From: an uncultured Candidatus Saccharibacteria bacterium
GTDB lineage: Bacteria; Patescibacteriota; Minisyncoccia; Phycocordibacterales; PALSA-1337
Direction: 5' to 3'
Assembly: GCA_964412585.1 (NCBI GenBank)
Contig: CAYPPJ010000001.1
Coordinates: forward strand, 17,995 to 81,994
DNA length: 64,000 bases
Under the pieces are notes generated by a model, which made no database searches, was not told where the DNA came from, and saw only the letters and a program-made list of their open reading frames with translations. Positions within the stretch are counted from its first letter, which is position 1. Each line of letters begins with the position of its first letter. Below are positions 20,048-28,832 of this stretch, in pieces. Made by a program: the position numbers and the translations under genes.

Positions 20048-21022
20048 ATGCGAAAAATAATTATCAAAGAGGGACCACTTGTGTTCCTCCGAAATGTCCT
20101 ATCGATGGAAATCATCGCGGCCCTGTTCTTTTTCGGGCTCTCCTTTGCGGGCAATTATAGCGCTGCATACAGCAATTGGGGTTTGTCCAGATACGTTCGA
20201 TTTGATCTTTTTGAAATATATTTATTTTCGGCTTTTCAACTTGTTTACTTGGCTTTGCTCTTTCTTGATTGGTATTTCACTCACTACGAAATTAATGACA
20301 AAGAGATCATTCGTAAATCAGGTTTATTGTTCCGCCGGCGCAAATCAGTCAGTCTGGGAGATGTTGCATCGGTAGAGACATACCAATCGCCGATCAGTCG
20401 TCTGATGTCGCATGCCACTATCATCCTTGAGCATAGCAATGGGCGCATGACCAAGATCAAGAATGTGAGTGCCTTCGATGAATACGTGCACGTGATCAAG
20501 GGTATGGTTCAGAGTGCTTCAGGTCGTATCATGACTCGGGATCCGCGTGTTCTGTTGGAAAAAGGAGAAAGTGCCTATGTCGAGTTTAAAGAGACGATGC
20601 GCTATGATGCTCGCAAAGGGGAGATCAGTAAAGAATTGGAGAAGATGGTCCTAAAAACAATTGCTTCGTTTTTGAATGCCGATGGCGGTACATTGCTCAT
20701 CGGGGTAAATGATGAGGGTAAAGCTGTCGGACTTGCCAATGACTACAAAACGCTTACCAAGAAAAATCGTGATGGCTTTGAGAATCATTTGACCATGTTG
20801 GTCAAAACACAGATTGGTCTTGCGTTTGCAAAATACGTGAGTGTCGCGTTTGAGACGATAGAGGGCAATGATATCTGTGTGGTTTCAGTAAAGGAGGGAC
20901 ACAAGCCGGCCTATGTGATGAATGGTGACAAAAAAGAGGATTTCTTTGTGAGGGTAGGGAATTCGACACAACCTTTTTCGATGAGTGAGGCAGAGGAGTA
21001 TATAAAGACACATTGGAAGTAG
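20048..21022 (+). CDS. 2TM + bacterial PH (bPH_2) + Schlafen/AlbA_2 fusion protein
   Basis: Two TM helices; WYFTHYEIND..I..SGLL.R...V...V.SV...QS.ISRL (bPH_2); GES.YVEFKET, IASFLNADGGTLLIGVND.G, FFVRVGNST (AlbA_2). Confidence 0.85.
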   Translation: MRKIIIKEGPLVFLRNVLSMEIIAALFFFGLSFAGNYSAAYSNWGLSRYVRFDLFEIYLFSAFQLVYLALLFLDWYFTHYEINDKEIIRKSGLLFRRRKSVSLGDVASVETYQSPISRLMSHATIILEHSNGRMTKIKNVSAFDEYVHVIKGMVQSASGRIMTRDPRVLLEKGESAYVEFKETMRYDARKGEISKELEKMVLKTIASFLNADGGTLLIGVNDEGKAVGLANDYKTLTKKNRDGFENHLTMLVKTQIGLAFAKYVSVAFETIEGNDICVVSVKEGHKPAYVMNGDKKEDFFVRVGNSTQPFSMSEAEEYIKTHWK

Positions 21023-21042
21023 AAAACTTTATTTTGGGACAT

Positions 21043-21150
21043 AAACACAAAAGCTCCCGAAGGAGCGTTGTGTTACCAGTTTGGATTCGTTATGAATCCT
21101 TGGGCCCAGGGGCCTGTCCCATGAGTTCCACCAGTCGAGATTAATCGACT
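21043..21150 (-). ncRNA. Candidate small RNA (RNA2), about 105 nt
   Basis: Upstream TTGACT-16-TAAACT; hairpins AGTCGA/TCGACT and GGATTC/GAATCC; terminator at 3' end; only a 10-codon ORF inside. Confidence 0.45.
21044..21074. terminator. Hairpin terminator between the AlbA_2 gene and the minus-strand small RNA
   Basis: Minus strand aacacaacgctcc-ttcg-ggagcttttgtgtt (UUCG loop followed by U-tract). Confidence 0.7.
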
Positions 21151-21188
21151 ACATAAGTTTAGTTCACTCATAAATAAAGTCAAGCATT

Positions 21189-21280
21189 TGTGGACCCATG
21201 GGGATTTGCCCCCCTATAGCCGATGGTAAGCCAACTATTGTCACTATGACTGGGTCCACGGGAAGGAATCGCCTTCCTTG
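21189..21280 (-). ncRNA. Candidate tRNA-like cloverleaf RNA (RNA1) with 5' hairpin
   Basis: GTGGACCCA/TGGGTCCAC closes three arms: GTCA-TAG-TGAC, ATAGTTGG-CTTACCA-TCGGCTAT, GGGG-GGCAAAT-CCCC; G-U pairs in the cloverleaf favour the minus strand. Confidence 0.55.
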
Positions 21281-21286
21281 TCATAG

Positions 21287-21342
21287 AAGATATCAAATCA
21301 AACTGAAGAAACGCTGGAGAAATGATTAAGATTCGCTGGAGA
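21287..21342 (-). promoter_or_regulatory. 4x11-bp direct-repeat promoter module, copy A
   Basis: TCTCCAG cgaa TCTTAAT catt TCTCCAG cgtt TCTTCAG tttgatttga TATCTT. Confidence 0.75.
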
Positions 21343-21410
21343 TGGATTTATGTGTTCAAATGTCGCGACAAAAAACTCAAGATTAACTTGAGTTTTTACT
21401 TCCAACCATT

Positions 21411-21449
21411 GTCGAACCTCCACAGTACAGCAGTAACGGGAGGTTCGAC
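21411..21449. repeat. 11-bp perfect inverted repeat downstream of the membrane-protein gene
   Basis: gtcgaacctcc (21411-21421) / ggaggttcgac (21439-21449). Confidence 0.7.
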
Positions 21450-21470
21450 GGTAGTTATAAGTAGATACTT

Positions 21471-21872
21471 TTACTCATTAAATTTCCTTATCACATATAT
21501 CGCGATTACTGCTTGAGCGAGAAGTATGACGTAATTGAAGTATCTGAAGAATTCTGTAAATGATGATATTAAAGATATGGCCTCAGACGTGTGAAGCTCA
21601 GAGTAGATACCCAACGAAAGGCCAAACACATCAACAATAAGAATCAAGATTGGTACAACGTAAAGAATTTTTCCAACCCTGTTCTTTTTTAGTAATATGG
21701 CAATCATTACAATACTCCAGACAAGAAGGATGAAAAAAAGACCGTCTGATATCACTGAAAGGAGTTTCGCAAATGAACTACTAGATATGAAAAGTAACAA
21801 CGCGACTATAACCGTTTCAAGTAATACAAATTGATGATACAGCACTACATTACCGAATGATCTATTTGCCAT
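21471..21872 (-). CDS. Hypothetical 4-TM membrane protein (AT-rich)
   Basis: 133-aa ORF, four hydrophobic segments, TATAAT upstream. Confidence 0.6.
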   Translation of the reverse strand: MANRSFGNVVLYHQFVLLETVIVALLLFISSSSFAKLLSVISDGLFFILLVWSIVMIAILLKKNRVGKILYVVPILILIVDVFGLSLGIYSELHTSEAISLISSFTEFFRYFNYVILLAQAVIAIYVIRKFNE

Positions 21873-21895
21873 ATTAAAATAAATTATACCACAAA

Positions 21896-23689
21896 TTATT
21901 TCAAATCACTCCTACGTGACTTTGCACGATCCAATTCCGTCAAAAACTTCTTGCGCAGACGCACGTTTTTCGGGGTAATCTCGAGATATTCATCTTCACG
22001 CATCAGTTCGAGACCGCGTTCGATAGAGAGCTCAAATGGAGGAACGAGCATGAGTGCCTCATCTTTTCCTGAGGAGCGCATGTTACTCATAGCCTTGCCC
22101 TTGGTAGGGTTAACATCCATGTCATCACCTTTTGCGGTATCACCGACAACCATGCCTTCGTAGACTTCTACTGCTGGGCCAATAAAGAGGCGGCCACGAT
22201 CCTGGAGGTTCCAGAGTGAGAAACCAAGTGACTTGCCGGATGCCATAGATGTCATTGAGCCAGTCTCGCGCTTTTCAATCTCGCCAGCATATGGTTTGAA
22301 TCCGAGCACACGTGAAGACATGATACCTTCACCCTTGGTATCAATAATAAAGACGTTCTTGTAACCCAACAGACCGCGAGTTGGAATCTCAAGCACGATG
22401 CGAACTTGGTTGCCATGAGTAGTCATATTGGTCATGACACCCTTGCGCTTGCCTAGGGTTTCAATGATAGCTCCTGAATACTCCTGGGGACAATCAATGA
22501 TGGCTTCTTCAAAAGGTTCAAGTTTTTGACCATCCTCTTCCTTGAAAATAACCTTTGGCTGGGAAACCTGGAGCTCGAAGCCTTCGCGGCGCATGTTTTC
22601 GATAAGGATAGCAATGTGGAGTTCGCCACGGCCGAATACCGTAAAGAATTCATTTGAACTAAAATCAACTTTGAGTCCTACGTTTGTCTCAAGCTCGCGT
22701 TCGAGGCGCTCTCGAATCTGTCGTCCGGTGACGAACGTACCTTCACGTCCAGCAAATGGTGAGTTGTTGACCAAAAACTGAAGGGAAATAGTCGGCTCAT
22801 CTACCTTGATAGCTGGCAATGCGGCAGTCGCCTCGTTATCGGTAATAGTCTCACCAATATAAATATCAGGCATACCAGCAACAGTGATAATGTCACCAGA
22901 TTCTGCTTCTTTGACCTCGATACGCTTTTTACCGTCGAATGTGAACAGTTTGGTAATCTTACCAGTAAATGTTTTGCCGTTGATATCCTTTACCCACACG
23001 TTTTGACCATCACGGATAGTTCCACTATAAATACGGCAGACGGCGAGACGTCCAAGGAAGTTGTCATAGCCGAGGTTGAATACTTGTGCGGTAAGTGGGT
23101 CGCCGGCATTCTTTTTTGCATTTGCAGGAGGCACATGTTCTAGAATCATATCCAAAAGAGGTGTAAGATCCTTTGCTTCGTCAGTCAATTTCTTTTTTGC
23201 CACACCCTGGCGGCCAATAGCATAAATAGTAGGGAAGTCGAGTTGTGCGTCATTTGCGCCAAGTTCCATAAAGAGTTCGAGTACCTCGTCGTGAGCACGG
23301 GCTGGATTTGCGGCTGGCTTGTCGATCTTGTTGAGGACGAGGATCGGTTTGATGCCGAGTTCAAGTGACTTTTTCAAAACGAAACGAGTCTGGGGCATCG
23401 GACCTTCCTGCGCATCGACGACGAGAAGAACGGTGTCGATGGAACGAAGCACGCGCTCTACTTCTGATCCAAAATCAGCGTGACCTGGTGTGTCGACGAT
23501 GTTGATCTTGGTACCCTTGTAGGTAATAGAGGTGTTCTTGGCATAAATGGTAATACCGCGCTCCTGTTCGAGTGCGTTTGAGTCCATAGTACCTTCGTCG
23601 CCATGACCGCATTGGGTCATAATAGCGTCAGTAAGGGTGGTTTTGCCGTGGTCCACATGCGCGATAATGGCAATGTTTCGGATATCCAT
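21896..23689 (-). CDS. typA: Translational GTPase TypA/BipA
   Basis: [55 protein letters not shown]. Confidence 0.97.
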   Translation of the reverse strand: MDIRNIAIIAHVDHGKTTLTDAIMTQCGHGDEGTMDSNALEQERGITIYAKNTSITYKGTKINIVDTPGHADFGSEVERVLRSIDTVLLVVDAQEGPMPQTRFVLKKSLELGIKPILVLNKIDKPAANPARAHDEVLELFMELGANDAQLDFPTIYAIGRQGVAKKKLTDEAKDLTPLLDMILEHVPPANAKKNAGDPLTAQVFNLGYDNFLGRLAVCRIYSGTIRDGQNVWVKDINGKTFTGKITKLFTFDGKKRIEVKEAESGDIITVAGMPDIYIGETITDNEATAALPAIKVDEPTISLQFLVNNSPFAGREGTFVTGRQIRERLERELETNVGLKVDFSSNEFFTVFGRGELHIAILIENMRREGFELQVSQPKVIFKEEDGQKLEPFEEAIIDCPQEYSGAIIETLGKRKGVMTNMTTHGNQVRIVLEIPTRGLLGYKNVFIIDTKGEGIMSSRVLGFKPYAGEIEKRETGSMTSMASGKSLGFSLWNLQDRGRLFIGPAVEVYEGMVVGDTAKGDDMDVNPTKGKAMSNMRSSGKDEALMLVPPFELSIERGLELMREDEYLEITPKNVRLRKKFLTELDRAKSRRSDLK

Positions 23690-23824
23690 AGGGGAAAGAT
23701 TAATAGGGAATGAGCTAACAGTTTACATTATTTGAACATTTTTGTCAAAATCTTGGTAAATAAAACGCCCAACCAGTTGGTACCGGTTGGGTTGTTTGAG
23801 CCGTGGCTCGGTGAGGATTGGGAT

Positions 23825-24631
23825 TTAGGATGGACGAGCGAACTGGCCTTGCATGGCGCCGGTGAACGGACTCACAGGGCTGACGCCAGCAAATTCAACA
23901 ACAACGTTATTTTGAGGCGGAGAAGCCGAATGAGCAAGGTGAGCCGCATGAGTGCCGTCGAGTTTGTGAATACGTTGACACGCGGGGTGTTCAGGATCGG
24001 TGCAACGATTCAAGAGGGCAGTAGTTACTTCTGGACCAAGCCCGGCAAATTCAATGATGGCTTTGATCTTTGTGGCCATTGTTTCCCCCCGCTTCAAGGG
24101 AAGACGTTTGATCCGTTTGCGGGTCACCAGATAATCAATGCCAGGTTGCGCGAGATCGTGGTGCATCTTGTAGGCCTTTTTTGTTTTTTCAGGCCCACCG
24201 TCGAGACGTGGAGGACGTTCGGCATCAGCTTTCAGCGCCTCCTCAAGACTACAATCAATCGTGACCAAACAGAGGTGCTCGAAGTTCTTGTACAGAAGTT
24301 CGCCTTGATGTTTGGAACGAGGTACGCCTCCCCAGAACGCCTTCAGAATCGGCTGACCGGGGTTCGTGTGAAACTGAATCTTCTGGACAGCCGCCTTCAT
24401 TACTGGCTTATCAGGCATGAGTTTGCGCTCTTTCTGATCTTCAGCAAGGGACGTAAACAGTTGGCCCAGTTTGGTGCCACGGGTCCGATGCCAAGCAATG
24501 ACAGCGCTCGTGTCCAGGATCAAGAATCGAGGATCACCTTGGAACACCAGTTCAAGAACCTCCAGAACAGTGGTCTTGCCTGCACCCACCGCAGCAGCAA
24601 TAGCCACTACCGGAGTATTTTGCTTCTTCAT
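23825..24631 (-). CDS. Divergent adenylate kinase-like P-loop protein
   Basis: AAVGAGKTT; DTS.VI (cf. STGD.LR); L.PD; GGVPRS..Q (cf. DGFPR); R..R.DG. Confidence 0.65.
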   Translation of the reverse strand: MKKQNTPVVAIAAAVGAGKTTVLEVLELVFQGDPRFLILDTSAVIAWHRTRGTKLGQLFTSLAEDQKERKLMPDKPVMKAAVQKIQFHTNPGQPILKAFWGGVPRSKHQGELLYKNFEHLCLVTIDCSLEEALKADAERPPRLDGGPEKTKKAYKMHHDLAQPGIDYLVTRKRIKRLPLKRGETMATKIKAIIEFAGLGPEVTTALLNRCTDPEHPACQRIHKLDGTHAAHLAHSASPPQNNVVVEFAGVSPVSPFTGAMQGQFARPS

Positions 24632-24731
24632 ACTTTTTTAGTCTCTTTTGTGTAGTTTGGTTGAGGCAATTCTCCCTAAATCCATAATTTTTCGAAAGAA
24701 CAGCCAGGCAACACTGTACCACATATCTAAA

Positions 24732-24787
24732 TCTTCAGCAAATCTTTATCAAATCTTCAGTATTTCTTCAGTTTAACTTGATATGGT
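24732..24787 (+). promoter_or_regulatory. 4x11-bp direct-repeat promoter module, copy B
   Basis: TCTTCAG caaa TCTTTAT caaa TCTTCAG tatt TCTTCAG tttaacttga TATGGT, ATG 6 nt downstream. Confidence 0.72.
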
Positions 24788-24793
24788 ATGTGC

Positions 24794-25900
24794 ATGGATA
24801 AGGCATTTCCCACACAATTAAACACTGCCGTCGATACAATTGAGAATATTCTTTCCTATGCGATTCGACATCGAGCATCTGATATTCATTACGACCCTTC
24901 TGCTCAGGATTCGGTTGTGCGGTTGCGTGTCGATGGTCATGTCTGTTTTGCTGGGATGGTACCCCGTCGGTTGCACCAGGAGATTATTGCTAGGCTCAAG
25001 ATCCTTTCGGGGGCACGAACCGACATTCATGCCATACCACAGGACGGTAGGTGGACTGCCGAATGTGTCGGAGAACTCTATCAGATACGCATCTCTTTCA
25101 TGCCTTCCTATCATGGCGAAAATGCAGTCATGAGGATTCTGCCGACAAAAATAACGTCCGAAGTAACACTTGCGAAGCTCGGCTTCACTCCTGATCATGT
25201 GCGTACTATCGATGGGGCACTGCACAAAACCTCCGGACTCATTCTTGTTACCGGGCCCACAGGATCAGGAAAAACAACAACACTTCATACATGTCTGACA
25301 CTCAAATCGAAAGAACCGCTTTCTATTGTTACCCTTGAAGATCCGGTCGAGTACGAGATCCCGTCAGTGAGACAGGTTCACATTCGTCACAATTTTGGTG
25401 TGACATTTGCCTCAGGTCTTCGTTCAGCACTACGGCAGGATCCGGATGTCATCATGGTGGGAGAAATACGAGATGCTGAGACTGCGCGAGTAGCCATACA
25501 CACCGCACTCACTGGTCACCTCGTGCTTTCAACTCTCCACACAAATTCGGCACTTGAAGCGATTCCGCGACTCGCGGATATGGGTGTAGACCATTATCTA
25601 TTAGCATCAACACTACGTTGTGTGATTGCTCAACGATTGGTTAGGGTTATGTGTACAGAATGTGGGGCAGATGGGTGTAGTGCATGTCGACATACTGGAT
25701 ACAATGGGCGGTCAGTGATTGCAGAAGTTTGTGAGATAGATGATGGTATGAAGCGCCATATTTCTGAGAAGGCTTCTGTCGCAGCATTTACCTCATATGC
25801 GCGCTCACGAGGATTCCGTCCTATGAGTGAGGATGGTCACGAAAAGGTCGAATGGGGCATTACCACGCAGCAAGAGGTAACACGAGTACTCTATGAATAA
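24794..25900 (+). CDS. GspE/PilB/ComGA family assembly ATPase (short, no N-terminal domain)
   Basis: ASDIH, RLRVDG, PQDGR, GPTGSGKTTT, EDPVE, LRQDPDVIMVGEIRD, TGHLV.STLH, AQRL, CxxC..CxxC. Confidence 0.93.
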   Translation: MDKAFPTQLNTAVDTIENILSYAIRHRASDIHYDPSAQDSVVRLRVDGHVCFAGMVPRRLHQEIIARLKILSGARTDIHAIPQDGRWTAECVGELYQIRISFMPSYHGENAVMRILPTKITSEVTLAKLGFTPDHVRTIDGALHKTSGLILVTGPTGSGKTTTLHTCLTLKSKEPLSIVTLEDPVEYEIPSVRQVHIRHNFGVTFASGLRSALRQDPDVIMVGEIRDAETARVAIHTALTGHLVLSTLHTNSALEAIPRLADMGVDHYLLASTLRCVIAQRLVRVMCTECGADGCSACRHTGYNGRSVIAEVCEIDDGMKRHISEKASVAAFTSYARSRGFRPMSEDGHEKVEWGITTQQEVTRVLYE

Positions 25901-26927
25901 TACTTTTCTTGTGTCAATGTTCGAACGACTTGAGATGTACCTATCTGCAGGATTGCCTCTCGACAAAGCTTTACAGACGGTCGCTCATGGTAGTTCAAAA
26001 CGCAATTGCATGATTCTTGAGCGCATACTAGGCGAAGTGTACTCTGGGGAGCGTATTTCAGCATCGTTTTCAAGACATCTTCGTATATCGAAAACACTTT
26101 GTAGTTTGATCGAACACGGTGAGACATCTGGCAATTTACCAGGATCACTGGTGCTGGCCCGGTCAATACTTGAGCGTCAGTCTGACACGTTCAAAAAATG
26201 TACATCCGCGTTGGTGTATCCGATGGTGATTGGTGTTTTTGCGCTCGTATTAACACTAGGACTGGTACGTGGGGTTATGCCGCAGATAACACCAATGCTC
26301 AAAAGCTTGCGTGTACCGTTGCCAGTCCTGACAAAAATTATGATTACTATTTCAGAGCATGTTGTCGCTTATGGATTGTACGTGTGCGCAGGCCTCGTCA
26401 TTCTTGGCGCCATAACAGTGGTACTTTACAAAAAAGTGGCTTGGTTTGCGTACTTATGTCAGTGGTGTGCCACGAGAATTCCGATAGTCGGTAACGTATT
26501 TTTTCTTTATTCCATATCACTATTCCTCAGGTCGTTTGGCTCACTGGTCGAATCAGGGTTACCAGTGCCAGCGTCATACGTGAGTACATCCACGACTCTA
26601 CCTCTTCTTCCTCTCAAAAGAGCACTCCAACAAAAAAGCTCTGAAATTCAAAAAGGTGTCTCACTCGGCGTAATACTATCCACTGTTAATCGAAAGGTGC
26701 CTAGACATGTCTCTTCGCTCGTTTCGGCAGGGGAATTGTCCGGATCTCTCGGGGCTTCTCTAGTTCGCGCTGCCACTATTATTGACCGTGATATGGACCA
26801 TAGTCTGAAAAGACTAACGTCTCTCATTGAGCCACTCATGATGGTCGGCATGGGATGTACTGTTGGTAGCATTGCCTTATCAATAATGATGCCTATTTAT
26901 GACATGTCGAAAGTATTGCAACATTAA
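25893..26927 (+). CDS. GspF/PilC family platform protein
   Basis: AGLPL..AL, GE.SG.L, AL.YP, L...LP..T, IP..G, second GELSG.L, IEP..M, PIY. Confidence 0.9.
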   Translation: MNNTFLVSMFERLEMYLSAGLPLDKALQTVAHGSSKRNCMILERILGEVYSGERISASFSRHLRISKTLCSLIEHGETSGNLPGSLVLARSILERQSDTFKKCTSALVYPMVIGVFALVLTLGLVRGVMPQITPMLKSLRVPLPVLTKIMITISEHVVAYGLYVCAGLVILGAITVVLYKKVAWFAYLCQWCATRIPIVGNVFFLYSISLFLRSFGSLVESGLPVPASYVSTSTTLPLLPLKRALQQKSSEIQKGVSLGVILSTVNRKVPRHVSSLVSAGELSGSLGASLVRAATIIDRDMDHSLKRLTSLIEPLMMVGMGCTVGSIALSIMMPIYDMSKVLQH

Positions 26928-28377
26928 ACAGGGCATTATTCTTGCCGACGTTCTTGTTGCGCTTGCTTTGGCGGTGTTATTGGTAATGAGCGTGACTCAA
27001 CTTTCTGGTAGTGCGCGTGAGATATATGATTCTTCAACAGAAAGGAATCGTTTGATGAATGTGTACGAAGCCCACGCCAATACATTTGATGAGTTGATGC
27101 CCTATGAGTCGCGCAATATTACACTCGACCAGGACGACGGTGAATATGATATGTATGCAACAACGACTATTTCTGCAAACGCCCGTTGGTATGGAAACGA
27201 TCGCATTGAAACACAGGTGACAGTTTCTACAAAGAAAGATTCGGTTACATTTGTACGCATTAGACTCTATCCATTGGGTACCATAGACGATGTGATTGGG
27301 ACACCGATATGTTCAGTTGATTTTGCTCAAAAAGATATTGTTGGCTCATACGGCTATAAATCGTCCCATTCAATTGCTCCAAATCAACTTCATGCAAGTA
27401 TTATCCCAATTTCGTTACCAATAGATCCGACTGTGCCTTTAACAGATGTGATTATACGAAATGGTATTGCATATATATCAACAGACTCGTCACGACAGTC
27501 CGATCCAGATATTCTAATATTCGATATTCATGATACGTCCGATACTCAATTACTCGCAGGACTTAATACAGGTCCTGGCATATCAGCAATCACCCTTGCA
27601 GGAAATCATGTATTTGCTGCTGTGACGAGTAGAACTGCCCAGCTTCAAGATCTGGTAATTAATGATCTTGCGCACATATCGATAGAATCAAGTTACAAAT
27701 TACCGTTACCATATGCTTCAGCAACTCCACCGCTTGCGAGTTCAATATTTTTTGACAAAAATCGCGTTTATCTTGGAACAGAAAAATGGGACGGTGATGA
27801 ATTTTCTATTATTAACGTTTCTGACCCTGCCCACCCAGTAAGGTTGAGCGGGCTTGAAATGGGTTCAAAGATCAATTCTATATATGTGCGGAATGATACT
27901 GCGTACGTAACAGATTCGAATGAACAACAGCTGCGTGTAATACATGCCGCAGATCCTGCGTTGCCGCAATTGGTATACGGATTTAATCCTTCAGGTTGGC
28001 AACGCCAAGAAGGGAAGTCGATATCGTATTTTGAAGACTATGTAGATTTTAGCCGAACATCAGGCGGATTTAATATTAAGACAGACGCAGAACTATTTAG
28101 CTGGGGCACGAGCACTTCACTACTGTATGGTTTTCCACCTACTAAATCCTTAGATGTTCCTGGAGGAATATATGGAATTGTTCGAGATAGGTCATACGTC
28201 TATGCAATAAGTAGGCAGTTGGGCAGTGAACTTCAAATGTTTGATTATTCTCTATCAACAAGCACAAGCAAAGTCATTACATTACCCGTAACACCCCAAG
28301 CTTTAACTTGTGACAACGATTCAATATATGTTTTAGGAGCTAATAATCCGGTATTGTACAAAATTTTATTTAAATAA
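26899..28377 (+). CDS. Prepilin-type protein with C-terminal LVIVD-like beta-propeller (putative tip adhesin)
   Basis: KQG|IILADVLVALAL class III-like signal; repeats LIFDIHD, SIINVSDPAHP, AYVTD..LRVIHAADP. Confidence 0.7.
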   Translation: MTCRKYCNIKQGIILADVLVALALAVLLVMSVTQLSGSAREIYDSSTERNRLMNVYEAHANTFDELMPYESRNITLDQDDGEYDMYATTTISANARWYGNDRIETQVTVSTKKDSVTFVRIRLYPLGTIDDVIGTPICSVDFAQKDIVGSYGYKSSHSIAPNQLHASIIPISLPIDPTVPLTDVIIRNGIAYISTDSSRQSDPDILIFDIHDTSDTQLLAGLNTGPGISAITLAGNHVFAAVTSRTAQLQDLVINDLAHISIESSYKLPLPYASATPPLASSIFFDKNRVYLGTEKWDGDEFSIINVSDPAHPVRLSGLEMGSKINSIYVRNDTAYVTDSNEQQLRVIHAADPALPQLVYGFNPSGWQRQEGKSISYFEDYVDFSRTSGGFNIKTDAELFSWGTSTSLLYGFPPTKSLDVPGGIYGIVRDRSYVYAISRQLGSELQMFDYSLSTSTSKVITLPVTPQALTCDNDSIYVLGANNPVLYKILFK

Positions 28378-28381
28378 ATAT

Positions 28382-28786
28382 ATGCCAAAGAAAACTACCA
28401 GAATTATCTACATTCAAGGGATTACTCTAATAGAGGTGCTTATCTTTACTGTACTCTCATCTTTTCTCATTTCAAATATAATAAACTATTTCTACCTAAT
28501 TCAGTCACAAAATATGAAATTACTTGATCAAATCCACGATGATCAGCGCGGATTTATGGCGACGACAGCTATCATATTACTTGCCATAGGAATTCTCGCA
28601 TTTGTTCTGGTGACAGTTTCTACCGCTTCTGTGTACTCGGATTCGGTGACACGTAGGGAAATGCGGATACAGAAGGGACTCAATAAACAGGCCTGTGCTG
28701 ACACCTCCAAGCTGGTACAGGCTAAGGATTATTTTCTGAATAATGAGGTGGTGTTGAGTGACTTTGATTGTGTTATTCACAAGTAG
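28382..28786 (+). CDS. Minor pilin-like protein carrying two prepilin motifs
   Basis: QG|ITLIEVLIF and QRG|FMATTAIILL, each followed by a hydrophobic helix. Confidence 0.65.
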   Translation: MPKKTTRIIYIQGITLIEVLIFTVLSSFLISNIINYFYLIQSQNMKLLDQIHDDQRGFMATTAIILLAIGILAFVLVTVSTASVYSDSVTRREMRIQKGLNKQACADTSKLVQAKDYFLNNEVVLSDFDCVIHK

Positions 28787-28832
28787 TACATATTTAGTTG
28801 AATTTATTAATTAATAGTATAATTACACACAC

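Noticed and set aside
21075-21133. Plus-strand ...GAGTTCCACCA resembling a tmRNA/tRNA 3' end, with ggattcg upstream
   Set aside because: No matching 5' acceptor strand, no proper T-loop and no tag reading frame; an att-site remnant cannot be fully excluded.
21401-21460. Possible integron attC site (AAC...GTT-flanked palindrome after an AT-rich gene)
   Set aside because: R boxes deviate from consensus, no extrahelical bases, single copy and no integrase; kept only as an inverted repeat.
23721-23760. Weak 11-bp periodicity upstream of typA
   Set aside because: Units too divergent and unrelated to the TCTYHAK module.
23732-24655. 307-aa plus-strand ORF
   Set aside because: Antisense shadow of the kinase-like gene; TTG start and no recognisable motif.
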